DNA from: a virus
Taxonomy: Duplodnaviria > Caudoviricetes
Reading direction: 5' to 3' (one strand)
DNA: 26,228 nt
IMG/VR virus record: IMGVR_UViG_3300008217_000072
Location: 1-26,228 of that record
Both the position numbers and the translations under genes were made by a program. The notes below the pieces were generated by a model. It ran no database searches, had not been told where the DNA came from, and worked only from the letters and a program-made list of their open reading frames with translations. Shown here in pieces: positions 16,427 through 25,216 of the stretch (position 1 is its first letter; every line of letters starts with the position of its first letter).

Positions 16427-16911
16427 TGTTAACAGTAGACAATCCCAAGACATTTAAGTGGAGTGATATTTCTCTAGGTGATTGTGCCGAAGGTAACGCT
16501 ACTGATACTTACTTCACTCTAAAGTTGTTTAACCTATTGGAGGGGCTGTTGGTTGACCTTAAGGCTCACGATCTTTACGATAAATTAATCTCGCCTGTCA
16601 CTGAGGTATTTGCTGGTATGGAGAGGGCTGGTCTTGAAGTTTCCAGGGACCAACTTAGTGTGGTAGGGAGAGAATTAAAGTATAATTGTATTGATTTAGA
16701 GGACGATATTTATGAAACCTCTAGGCTCACAAAAGAAGATAACATATATTCAAATAATGATTTGATGTCTGTATTGTATACCAGAGAAGGAGGGTATGAA
16801 TTGTATCCGCCAGACCTAACTAAGGGAGGCAAGCCTTCTGTGTCTGCACCTACACTTAAGATTTTGTTGGAACAAATAGGAAAAGAATTGAGTAAAAGAA
16901 AAGATGTCTAA
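16426..16911 (+). CDS. DNA polymerase A subunit 2: ExoIII region plus first part of the thumb
   Basis: GNATD (ExoIII-like), FAGMERAGLEV, NIYSNNDL..VLY, TKGGKPSVSAPTL. Confidence 0.85.
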   Translation: MLTVDNPKTFKWSDISLGDCAEGNATDTYFTLKLFNLLEGLLVDLKAHDLYDKLISPVTEVFAGMERAGLEVSRDQLSVVGRELKYNCIDLEDDIYETSRLTKEDNIYSNNDLMSVLYTREGGYELYPPDLTKGGKPSVSAPTLKILLEQIGKELSKRKDV

Positions 16912-18034
16912 GTGGAAGTTCCGCACAGAGAGTAAGAACATTAGTGAGTCTGTCCTGTCTCAGAAATCTACCGAAGACTTGGTGGAGTCCAAGGATTTTC
17001 TTGACAAGATTTTAAGCCTTCGTAAATTGTCTAAGCTTGAGAAGACTTATATAAATGGGACCAGGGCCGCGTTAGACTACAACGGTGTTGATAAGGTATT
17101 TGTAGATTACAGATTTGATGGCACCGCTACTGGTAGATTGTCCTGTGCTATGTATGCCGCTGACCAGCCAATGGGAGTGTCCTTTCACACCCTTCCTAGG
17201 GGAACCGAGAGTAATATACGCTCTATGTTTGTGGCACCAGACGATCACGCCTTCATTACTGTGGACTACAGTACTATGGAGTTAAGGGTACTGGCTAACC
17301 TAGCCAGAGAAACTAAGATGATAGAGGCATTCAAGAGTGGCGACGATCTTCATTCGTACACTGGCAGCTTGCTGTTCGGAAAAGATGTTAGTAGTGTCAC
17401 GAAGACCGAGCGACAGTTGGCAAAGATGGTATCGTTTCTTATTGTATACGGCGGTGGCCCGTTCAATCTTGCTGAAACCACAGGTGTTTCACTTAGAAAG
17501 GCTGAGAGGGTTGTGAGTTCTTACAAGCAGGTTTACCCTAAGATATTTAGGTTTATGGATTATGTCCATGGATTTGTTCAGAAGAACGGTCATGCCTACA
17601 CTATTTTTGGCAGAAGGAGAAACCTTGAGGACATTACTTCTAGGGATAGCACTGTTAAGCATCGAGCTTTAAGGCAAGGTTTCAATTTTGTTATTCAAAG
17701 TACTGCGTCTGATATACTTCTGTTTTCTTTGCTGGGTATCAATAGAGACTTTGAAAAGGCGGGCCTGGAGTCTAGGATTGTCTCTACTGTTCACGACTCC
17801 ATTGAAATCATTAGTCCCCTTGATGAACTAGACAAAAGCAGTATGATTATTTATAATAACATGATTAACTACCCAGTTATCAGGGAGAAATTTGGTATGG
17901 AATTTGAGGTTCCATTCCAGATAGAAACTGTTGTTGGTAAATCATTTGGTGATGGATTAGAAGCTACACATGGTAGTGATGGAAACATTAAAAATATTGA
18001 GGACATTAGAAATTATGTTAACTCTGCTAATTGA
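16904..18034 (+). CDS. DNA polymerase A subunit 3: end of thumb, palm and fingers
   Basis: RKLSKLEKTY, TATGRLS, motif A DYSTMELRVLA, DLH, motif B RQLAKMVSFLIVYG, GRRR, NFVIQSTASD, motif C VHDS. Confidence 0.93.
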   Translation: MSKWKFRTESKNISESVLSQKSTEDLVESKDFLDKILSLRKLSKLEKTYINGTRAALDYNGVDKVFVDYRFDGTATGRLSCAMYAADQPMGVSFHTLPRGTESNIRSMFVAPDDHAFITVDYSTMELRVLANLARETKMIEAFKSGDDLHSYTGSLLFGKDVSSVTKTERQLAKMVSFLIVYGGGPFNLAETTGVSLRKAERVVSSYKQVYPKIFRFMDYVHGFVQKNGHAYTIFGRRRNLEDITSRDSTVKHRALRQGFNFVIQSTASDILLFSLLGINRDFEKAGLESRIVSTVHDSIEIISPLDELDKSSMIIYNNMINYPVIREKFGMEFEVPFQIETVVGKSFGDGLEATHGSDGNIKNIEDIRNYVNSAN

Positions 18035-18182
18035 TATTATACTACTTCCTATCCGAATTTTGGGCTGCTTATTTGGTGGCATGCTCATAGGTGGAGCAGT
18101 TGGTCACCACAGGGCTAAGAAGGATTGGGAAGATTCACAGGAAGCCTGGAAAGAAGTTGATAAGCAATGGTATGGGGAGTGA
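18015..18182 (+). CDS. 55-aa putative single-span membrane protein
   Basis: ATG 18015, in frame with the track ORF at 17970; hydrophobic MLTLLIDIILLPIRILGCLFGGMLIGGAVG followed by a charged tail. Confidence 0.55.
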   Translation: MLTLLIDIILLPIRILGCLFGGMLIGGAVGHHRAKKDWEDSQEAWKEVDKQWYGE

Positions 18183-18198
18183 GTTGCTCTGCAAATCT

Positions 18199-19194
18199 AT
18201 GGTTAAAACTTTAGTAGTTACTGACATTCATCTACACACTCCTAGGCCTGGGTATCTTGATGCTCAAGTTGAGTGTCTTCAGAAGATATTTGAGGAGGCT
18301 AATCCCTCCAAGATGATTATCATGGGAGACATATTTATGAGTCGCAAGCCAAACCCAAGTGTTCTTCTGGGGTTCAAGAGGTTCCTAGACTCTTCTGATT
18401 GTGATGAAATTTATGTGATGAGAGGCAATCATGATTCAGAAAATAAATCTGACAATGGGGTTACTGCTCTAAGTGTGTTTCACGATCCTGATAGGGGCCG
18501 TCATGTTATAACTCATACCACTACCAAAGATGAGTGGACATTCATCCCTCATTATGAGGATGAGAATAGGATAAGGGAAGACCTAAAGGCAGCTCCAAAA
18601 AATAACATTGTGTTTGGGCACTTTGGATACATAGGATGCGTTGGCACTGTTAGACTAGATGAAATACCTTTTGGCCTTGATGTTGAGGAGTTCCCTAACA
18701 CTACTTATCTTGGACATATTCATAGGTTCAAGCAGACTGGAGATGTTACCATATTAGGCACTCAATATTCCACAAATTTTGGTGAAGCAGAAAAAGATAG
18801 CTACTATATGCTGCTTGATGATGACGATAACCCCTCGTTTCACGAGGTTAAACATGGCCCTAGACATATAGTTTGCAATCTTTCCGAGCTTCCAGATGTG
18901 TTAAAGCGTGTCGATGACCCAAATTATTTCACTCATTTACGAGTCTTTGTAGAAAAACTTACAGAAGATAATAGTGTAACCCTAGCCAGTGATATTGCTG
19001 GAAAATGTGATGCTGCCCAGATTGATATTAAATATAATCCTGTTTTCAGCGATGGAGGAAGCACCTTTCGCCCTTCAAGGAAGTTATTCTCCTTGAACGA
19101 AGCTATTGTTGATGAGTATATTGATCATAGTGGTACAGCGATTGCCAAAGAAGATCTACTGGAAGGATATAGGTTACTAGATGAAGATTCATAG
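18199..19194 (+). CDS. Mre11/SbcD-like recombination nuclease (T4 gp47-like)
   Basis: TDIH, GDIF, GNHD, FGH, LGHIH. Start set at ATG 18199 (MVKTLVVTDIH). Confidence 0.92.
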   Translation: MVKTLVVTDIHLHTPRPGYLDAQVECLQKIFEEANPSKMIIMGDIFMSRKPNPSVLLGFKRFLDSSDCDEIYVMRGNHDSENKSDNGVTALSVFHDPDRGRHVITHTTTKDEWTFIPHYEDENRIREDLKAAPKNNIVFGHFGYIGCVGTVRLDEIPFGLDVEEFPNTTYLGHIHRFKQTGDVTILGTQYSTNFGEAEKDSYYMLLDDDDNPSFHEVKHGPRHIVCNLSELPDVLKRVDDPNYFTHLRVFVEKLTEDNSVTLASDIAGKCDAAQIDIKYNPVFSDGGSTFRPSRKLFSLNEAIVDEYIDHSGTAIAKEDLLEGYRLLDEDS

Positions 19195-20755
19195 TATAGA
19201 GATAAACAATTTTTATTCTATAAAGCATCTTGAATTAAGTTTCGATGATTACAATGGCATAACTGTTGTAGAAGGTATTAATAATGACAGCCAAGGCTCC
19301 AACGGGGCTGGCAAGAGTGCACTATTTGAGGCAGTAGTGTGGGCCTTGTTCGGAAAAACAATTCGTAAATCCAACGAGGAGGCGTTGATTAACAACAGGG
19401 AGAAGAGAGACTGTTGGGTGAAGATCCGCATTAATGAAAATGTTATTGTAACACGCGGAAGAAAACCCTCACGATTAGAGGTTCTCGTTGATGACTCATC
19501 TATTACCCAGCAATCCATGGCTCAGACACAGGAATGCCTTGAAGAATTACTGGGTACTAATTATAAAGTTTTCATGGCAAGTGCTATCTTCGGGCAGCAT
19601 AACCACATTGATTTCCTTGGCGCTTCTCCTGATGATAAACGAACCATCGTTAGAAATTTTCTTAATCTAGATGATATTTTTCAAAAAAGAGATAGGATTC
19701 GTGGGCACAAAAGTAGGTGTACTCAGGAGATTAAAACATCGAACGCTCTGCTTGATGAACACTTGGCTACTCGCGAAGATCTAATGCGTAGGCTAGCAGA
19801 CATAGAATCAGATAAGTCAAAATATATCTACACCGATGAGGAAATAAATTTAGATGAGATCCTAGAGAAGGAGGCTCTCCTCCGTGACCTCATGGACAAA
19901 AACAGATCACTACACCACGAGAGAAGGAGGCTGAGAGGAAGGCTCAGTGATCTTAGACGGATTCTTAAGTCCGATCCTAGTTCTTGTCCTACTTGCGGAG
20001 CAAATTCTCCTATAGCGAAGGACCCAGTTCGGGCCGCCGTCGCCACCGCGCAGGGAGAAATTGACAAAATCTCTAAAAAAACAGTAAACCTAGAAAAGCG
20101 TCTTTCTAAGATAAATATCCCTATTTCCTCTGAAGAGTATTCAGAATATCTAAAGTATAAGGAGTTGTGTTCTAAAGCTAGCACATTTACTGAACTTCTA
20201 GATGAGGTTAATGATAAGATTGTTGAAATTGATGCTGTGAAGCTTGAAAATGCTAAAAACTATGAGGTTATGCGTTTTTGGGAAAAAGCCTTCTCTGAAC
20301 AAGGTATGATTCGTTACATAATCAGAAATATTTTAAGCTATTTCAATGATAAGTGTAACACCTATTTATCTTACCTTACTAATGGTCAGTTTTTGGTTCA
20401 TTTTAATGAAAAATTAGAGGAATCAATTACGAACGGTGGTAAGATTACTCACTACATTTCTCTGTCTGGGGGAGAGAAAAGAAAAATAAATTTGGCCGTT
20501 ATGCTTGCATTGCAGAGTTTGCTTGACTTGACAAGCAACGACCAATCAAATATTGTATTTTTCGATGAAGTTGCAGAGAACCTTGACGAAGAAGGAATTA
20601 AGGGGCTCTATATATTATTGCAAGAACTTAAAAAAGAAAGAAAGATCTTCTTAATAACTCATAATAAGTATCTTAATGCCTTCCTCGACAATTCGCGGAA
20701 GATCACTATAATTAAGCATAAAGGAATATCCAAACTAGCTGGAGCAAAAATATGA
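19181..20755 (+). CDS. Rad50/SbcC-like ABC ATPase (T4 gp46-like)
   Basis: Walker A NGAGKS, Q-loop FGQ, zinc hook CPTCG, signature LSGGE, Walker B FFDE, H-loop ITH. Confidence 0.95.
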   Translation: MKIHSIEINNFYSIKHLELSFDDYNGITVVEGINNDSQGSNGAGKSALFEAVVWALFGKTIRKSNEEALINNREKRDCWVKIRINENVIVTRGRKPSRLEVLVDDSSITQQSMAQTQECLEELLGTNYKVFMASAIFGQHNHIDFLGASPDDKRTIVRNFLNLDDIFQKRDRIRGHKSRCTQEIKTSNALLDEHLATREDLMRRLADIESDKSKYIYTDEEINLDEILEKEALLRDLMDKNRSLHHERRRLRGRLSDLRRILKSDPSSCPTCGANSPIAKDPVRAAVATAQGEIDKISKKTVNLEKRLSKINIPISSEEYSEYLKYKELCSKASTFTELLDEVNDKIVEIDAVKLENAKNYEVMRFWEKAFSEQGMIRYIIRNILSYFNDKCNTYLSYLTNGQFLVHFNEKLEESITNGGKITHYISLSGGEKRKINLAVMLALQSLLDLTSNDQSNIVFFDEVAENLDEEGIKGLYILLQELKKERKIFLITHNKYLNAFLDNSRKITIIKHKGISKLAGAKI

Positions 20756-22650
20756 CGGTAACAAAGCTGAACGAATTAGGTCAAGAAATATTTGAGAAGA
20801 GGTATGCGTATCCCGGTGAGAAAAAGTGGTCAGAAAGAGCCAAGGTTATCGCTAGAACAATTGCGTCAGCTGAAGCAGATGATGAAAAGACGAAATATGA
20901 AAAGAGGTTTTATGACGCGATTTCGTCTGGCGATTTTATCCCTGGAGGCCGCATTATATACGGGTGTGGGCGTAACGGTGGCAAGCATAATCTTCTCAAT
21001 TGTTATGTTATTATTCCTGAAGATTCTGTTCACTCGATAGGCCAAACTATTGATGACATGTACAAGATTTCTTGTGCAGGAGGGGGAATAGGCTTTAATT
21101 TCCACAAAATTCGCCCTAAGGGGGATGACATTCAGAATATTAAAAACTCTGCCCCTGGTTCCATTTCAGTTATGAGAATGATCAATGAGATTGGTGTCCA
21201 TGTTCGTGCTGGCAAGAACCGTCGCACCGCTTTAATGGGTATCTTAGATATCACTCATCCAGATCTTCTTGAGTTTCTTCATGTTAAACTGGACAAGGGG
21301 GAGCTTAACAATTTTAATATCTCTGTTGCTATCACCAATCGCTTCATTGAAGCGTGTGAGTTAGATGAGGAGTGGTACTTTACATTCAATAACAAGAAGT
21401 ATTTTGTTTATGAGGTCACTAGAACAACGAAAACTGGGGAGACATCAATAATCAATGTTGTAGCACTAGATGAAGATGATGCCGTAGCCCGTGCCGACCA
21501 GCATTGGAAAAAGTCTTTCGAAGATTCCTTTGAGGTTATGGGAAAATATGATTTAAAAGCTAGAGAAATTTGGGACAAGCTTTGGACAAATGCCGTGGAG
21601 TCTGGTGACCCAGGCATTTATAACATTGATCTAGCAAATAGTTATACGAATGTTTCTTATTTTGAGGATTTGGAGTCCACCAATCCCTGCGGGGAGATCA
21701 GTCTTCCCTCCTATGGCAACTGCTGCCTGGGAAATGTTAACCTATCCAACATGGTAATTGATGGGGAAGTAGATTGGAAGCGGCTGGCTCGAACAGTAAG
21801 AGCTGGGATTCGTTTCCTAGACAATGTTCTAACTGTTAACCATTTTCCAACCAAAAACTGTAAGGAGGTTGCTCATAGGTCACGCAGAATTGGACTTGGA
21901 GTTACTGGCCTTCACTACATGCTTATTAAGTTAGGTCTTCGTTATGGTAGTGAAAAGTGCTTGGAGTTTCTGGAGAGACTATTTGCTACCATTCGTGATG
22001 AGGCATATAAGGAATCCATTTACACCTCCAGAGACAAGGGTCCTTTTGGCGCGTTTGATTACAAGAAGTACCTGTCCGAAGAGTTTGCCAGAACGCTCCC
22101 CGCCAGGATTAGGATGTTAATTAAAGAGCATGGTATACGAAATGCTGTGATGCTCACTATCCCCCCCTGTGGTACTATTTCCATGTTGATGGGTGTATCC
22201 TCAGGGATTGAGCCTATCTTTTCTGCAATGTATATGAGAAGGTACAGGGACAGTAATGTTTGGAAGGAGCAGCTAGTTGTTGATCCTCTCTTTAAGGAGT
22301 GGCATAGAGAGGGTAAATTGTTAGATAATTTTGTAGGAGCATACGATGTGTCTCCTGTTGAACATTTAAGGGTTCAAGCCACTACTCAACGCTTTATTGA
22401 TTCTTGTATAAGCAAAACAATTAATCTCCCAGAAACCTTTGAGGCTGGTGATTTAGCTATGAGGGCTTTGGACTATGTTGGCGACCTTAAGGGGTTAACG
22501 GTGTACAAAGCTGGGTCTAAGGGGGATGAACCCCTTACAGCCATCCCTCTTACTGTGGAAAACCTTGCTACACATATGGTACATGAAGTACCTGAGTATA
22601 TTGCAGACGGCCAAGCCTGTTCCATGGCTGGAGGTGATTGCGGTGCCTAA
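20752..22650 (+). CDS. nrdJ: Ribonucleotide reductase, class II (adenosylcobalamin-dependent)
   Basis: PGGRI, NCYV, GGGIG, NFNISV, TNPCGE, CCLG, RRIGLG, PCGTIS, ISKTIN, KGLTVYK (single Tyr, no class I YY pair), C-terminal Cys pair; no nrdB adjacent. Confidence 0.85.
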   Translation: MTVTKLNELGQEIFEKRYAYPGEKKWSERAKVIARTIASAEADDEKTKYEKRFYDAISSGDFIPGGRIIYGCGRNGGKHNLLNCYVIIPEDSVHSIGQTIDDMYKISCAGGGIGFNFHKIRPKGDDIQNIKNSAPGSISVMRMINEIGVHVRAGKNRRTALMGILDITHPDLLEFLHVKLDKGELNNFNISVAITNRFIEACELDEEWYFTFNNKKYFVYEVTRTTKTGETSIINVVALDEDDAVARADQHWKKSFEDSFEVMGKYDLKAREIWDKLWTNAVESGDPGIYNIDLANSYTNVSYFEDLESTNPCGEISLPSYGNCCLGNVNLSNMVIDGEVDWKRLARTVRAGIRFLDNVLTVNHFPTKNCKEVAHRSRRIGLGVTGLHYMLIKLGLRYGSEKCLEFLERLFATIRDEAYKESIYTSRDKGPFGAFDYKKYLSEEFARTLPARIRMLIKEHGIRNAVMLTIPPCGTISMLMGVSSGIEPIFSAMYMRRYRDSNVWKEQLVVDPLFKEWHREGKLLDNFVGAYDVSPVEHLRVQATTQRFIDSCISKTINLPETFEAGDLAMRALDYVGDLKGLTVYKAGSKGDEPLTAIPLTVENLATHMVHEVPEYIADGQACSMAGGDCGA

Positions 22651-23086
22651 TTACGAGTTTAGTTGTGATCCTTGTAACATCTACTGGGAAAAGATTCGTC
22701 CGCTGTCTGAGTCAGGCAAAGGATCTATGTGTCCTAAGTGTAGAAAAAAGGGTGTACGAAATTATGGAGTAGCCCATATAAACTACCCAGCGGGAAGTAG
22801 GGAGAGGCAGCATATGCATGAAAAGTATATTGCGGGGGGAGATAAGGGTAGAGCGTTAGGAAAACAAAAGGCTCTAGTGGAAAGAACAAAGGCTAGACAA
22901 AAAGAGGTTCCATATACTCCTATGATTCCAAACACGCAAGAGATGGAAGAAAAAGGTTTAATAACTAGAAATAATGATATTCGAGCCAGTAAAAAGCGAG
23001 AAAACATGAAAAAAATTACAAGACATGTCTATAATAAAGCGAAGAAGGACCCTACTAAACCTACGAACTCACGACAAACACTTTAA
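22643..23086 (+). CDS. FmdB-like zinc-ribbon protein
   Basis: GTG 22643 after GGAGGT; MPNYEFSCDPC...CPKC. Confidence 0.75.
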   Translation: MPNYEFSCDPCNIYWEKIRPLSESGKGSMCPKCRKKGVRNYGVAHINYPAGSRERQHMHEKYIAGGDKGRALGKQKALVERTKARQKEVPYTPMIPNTQEMEEKGLITRNNDIRASKKRENMKKITRHVYNKAKKDPTKPTNSRQTL

Positions 23087-23087
23087 C

Positions 23088-24395
23088 ATGAAATATGAAT
23101 TTAGCGATAACATTCAGAGGGGTGTACTTTACCTTCTGAAATCAAGCCCCGATTTCTACCTACAAATAGCCAATCTAGTTAGGCCTGATTATTTCGAATA
23201 TCCTGCCCACGCTAAGATCTTTAACGCGGTCAGTTCTCATTACGAGAAGTACCACAAACTTCCTACTGACGAATTTATCCTTGAAGATGTTCGTGAGGAT
23301 TTGGGTAAGTCCGAGTCTCTTTCAGACTACACGGACGAAATTCTGTACATTAATAACCTTGATACCTCATGCGTTGAGAATCCAGAATACCTTCTTGATT
23401 TGGTAGAAGAATTTGCCAAGAGATCCGCCATGAAGGAGGCTATCGCAGAATGTATGGTACTCCTAGGGGATAACAGGTATGAAGAAACTGAATCCATCAT
23501 TAGAAATGCTTTAACCGTTAGCCGTGAGGTTAATCTAGGGCAGATGTATTTTGAAGATGTCAAGGCCAGATGGAAAAGGCTACTTGATGATTCAAATCAG
23601 AACTTCTATTCAACATTCCTACCCTCCCTTAATGATGCTATGGATGGTGGACTGGGGTCTAAGGAATTGGCTATGGTCGTGGCCCCCCCTGGGGTGGGTA
23701 AATCTTTATTCCTAGTTAATCAAGCAGTTGCCTCCTTAATTGAGGGTAGAAAGGTTCTTTATGTGTCCCTTGAAATGGGGGAGGACAGAATCGCTCAAAG
23801 GTTTGATTCTATTATGTCTCTTGTTCCCCAATCTCGGTTGAAGGTTGAGCAGCAAACTGTGTACGACCGTTTAAATCTATTTGAGGAGACTTTCCCAGAC
23901 GGTGAGTTAGTAATTAAACAGTTCCCTACTGGTCAAGCCACCATAAATACTATTAGAGCTTTACTTGTTCAGCTTCGCAACTACGAGGAGTTTGAACCCG
24001 ATGTTGTTATCGTGGACTACCTAGAATTGTTGCGCCCTACTAGAGAGGGCATGGCTGAGTATCAGGCTCAACAAAGAATCTCTGAAGAACTTCGCGGTTT
24101 GGCTGTAGAGAATGATATACTCATATGGACCGCCACGCAGACTAACAGAGAAGGTAGGAAAGTTACAGTGATTACAGACTCAGAACTAGCCGACGCTTAC
24201 GGCAAGATTAGAACCTGCGACATGGCAATTTCTTTGAATCAAACAGAGGAAGAGTTTGACAGCGGCAGAATGCGGGCGTATGTAATGAAGTCTCGCAATA
24301 GCCATCAAAGGTTTATTGTGCCTATGGATATAGATTATTCCATCCTTAAAATGAGGGAAGGGGATAAGTGGGAGGACGAAGATGCCGAGTTATAA
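23088..24395 (+). CDS. Replicative DnaB-like helicase (T4 gp41-like)
   Basis: Walker A APPGVGKS, VSLEM, IVDYLE, TATQTNR, KSRN. ATG 23088 lies just after the previous stop codon. Confidence 0.93.
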   Translation: MKYEFSDNIQRGVLYLLKSSPDFYLQIANLVRPDYFEYPAHAKIFNAVSSHYEKYHKLPTDEFILEDVREDLGKSESLSDYTDEILYINNLDTSCVENPEYLLDLVEEFAKRSAMKEAIAECMVLLGDNRYEETESIIRNALTVSREVNLGQMYFEDVKARWKRLLDDSNQNFYSTFLPSLNDAMDGGLGSKELAMVVAPPGVGKSLFLVNQAVASLIEGRKVLYVSLEMGEDRIAQRFDSIMSLVPQSRLKVEQQTVYDRLNLFEETFPDGELVIKQFPTGQATINTIRALLVQLRNYEEFEPDVVIVDYLELLRPTREGMAEYQAQQRISEELRGLAVENDILIWTATQTNREGRKVTVITDSELADAYGKIRTCDMAISLNQTEEEFDSGRMRAYVMKSRNSHQRFIVPMDIDYSILKMREGDKWEDEDAEL

Positions 24396-24663
24396 ACCAC
24401 AATATTTGGTCCTTAAGCCCCCCCATGAGCTTTCCAACTACATTGATTACATGGAGTTTAACTGGCTGACCTCTAGTAGGGGTTTGAAGTATGTGAAAAT
24501 GTTCGTTCCTTTTGGTATATCTAATTATGTTGATAGTATGGTCCCCTCCAACTCATGTTATATTGTTGGTGAATCAGGGGATTATTTAATGATGGATTCA
24601 AATGGGGGGCTTTCCATACTGAATGATGACACTTTACTTAACTTGTACGGAGTTATAACATGA
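24382..24663 (+). CDS. Hypothetical phage protein
   Basis: Coupled on both sides; GESGDYLM motif is reminiscent of small phage 'GDY' beta proteins. Confidence 0.6.
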   Translation: MPSYKPQYLVLKPPHELSNYIDYMEFNWLTSSRGLKYVKMFVPFGISNYVDSMVPSNSCYIVGESGDYLMMDSNGGLSILNDDTLLNLYGVIT

Positions 24664-25112
24664 CAAAAAAATCTGATGCATTGTTGATTACTTGGATGGA
24701 TTTAAATTGGGATATCTATTGTGACATCATTGACAGTATCGTTGAGATAGATAGAGATAATCTGATGTACGAACTTGAAAGACAGGCCGCGAGGTATGCC
24801 CATTATAATGGTTTGCTACAGGTCGCCAAGCGTGAGCTTGACAGGTCAAAAAACGAGTTAGAACAGTTTATTGCTAAGGTTAGAAAAGAGGAGTTTGATT
24901 CCCGTACCAGCAAGGGTCTTAAGGTTACTGATAAGTATCTTGAGTCTTTTGTTAGTTCCCACCCAGAGTTTCATACTTTGCAAGAAAAAGTCAACGAACT
25001 TACCTTTAAGACTGGGCTAGTTAAAAGCATTGCCCAGGCATTGGAACAACGCAAAGACACCATTGTACAACTCTCCGTTCGCGACAGAGCAGAAACCAAT
25101 CTGTACTCTTAG
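24660..25112 (+). CDS. Recombination mediator (T4 UvsY-like)
   Basis: Helical protein: IDRDNL..EL..QA..YAHY, K.TDKYLESFV, ALEQRKD..VQL; lies next to SSB. Confidence 0.75.
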   Translation: MTKKSDALLITWMDLNWDIYCDIIDSIVEIDRDNLMYELERQAARYAHYNGLLQVAKRELDRSKNELEQFIAKVRKEEFDSRTSKGLKVTDKYLESFVSSHPEFHTLQEKVNELTFKTGLVKSIAQALEQRKDTIVQLSVRDRAETNLYS

Positions 25113-25161
25113 TCGCGGGCGGGAATATTTAAAAAACTTGTAAAAAAACGGTAAAGATAAC

Positions 25162-25187
25162 TATAATAAACAAAAGGCTACGGCCTT
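25162..25187 (+). promoter_or_regulatory. TATAAT element plus AAGGC-TACG-GCCTT hairpin at the start of the SSB leader
   Basis: TATAAT at 25162-25167; 5-bp stem with a C(UACG)G tetraloop at 25174-25187. Confidence 0.55.
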
Positions 25188-25216
25188 AACAAATAACACT
25201 ATAACGGAAACAAAAA

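Noticed and set aside
16414-16428. Programmed -1 frameshift at the first pol junction
   Set aside because: No X XXY YYZ heptamer, and only three codons are open before the ATG; TAATG coupling is simpler. A +1 slip in the A-rich second junction is not fully excluded.
16410-16930. Stop-codon reassignment or read-through explaining the split polymerase
   Set aside because: The downstream parts are in different frames and further stops follow in the original frames. TAA, TAG and TGA all end genes normally elsewhere in the window.
15401-18034. Split inteins or self-splicing introns in pol
   Set aside because: The ORFs overlap directly with no intervening sequence, homing endonuclease or intein terminal motifs.
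15401-18034. Polymerase pseudogene
   Set aside because: Catalytic acidic residues are retained, and the breaks have clean stop/start overlaps at loop positions.
20752-22650. Class I RNR alpha subunit (nrdA)
   Set aside because: No YY radical-transfer pair and no adjacent beta subunit gene.
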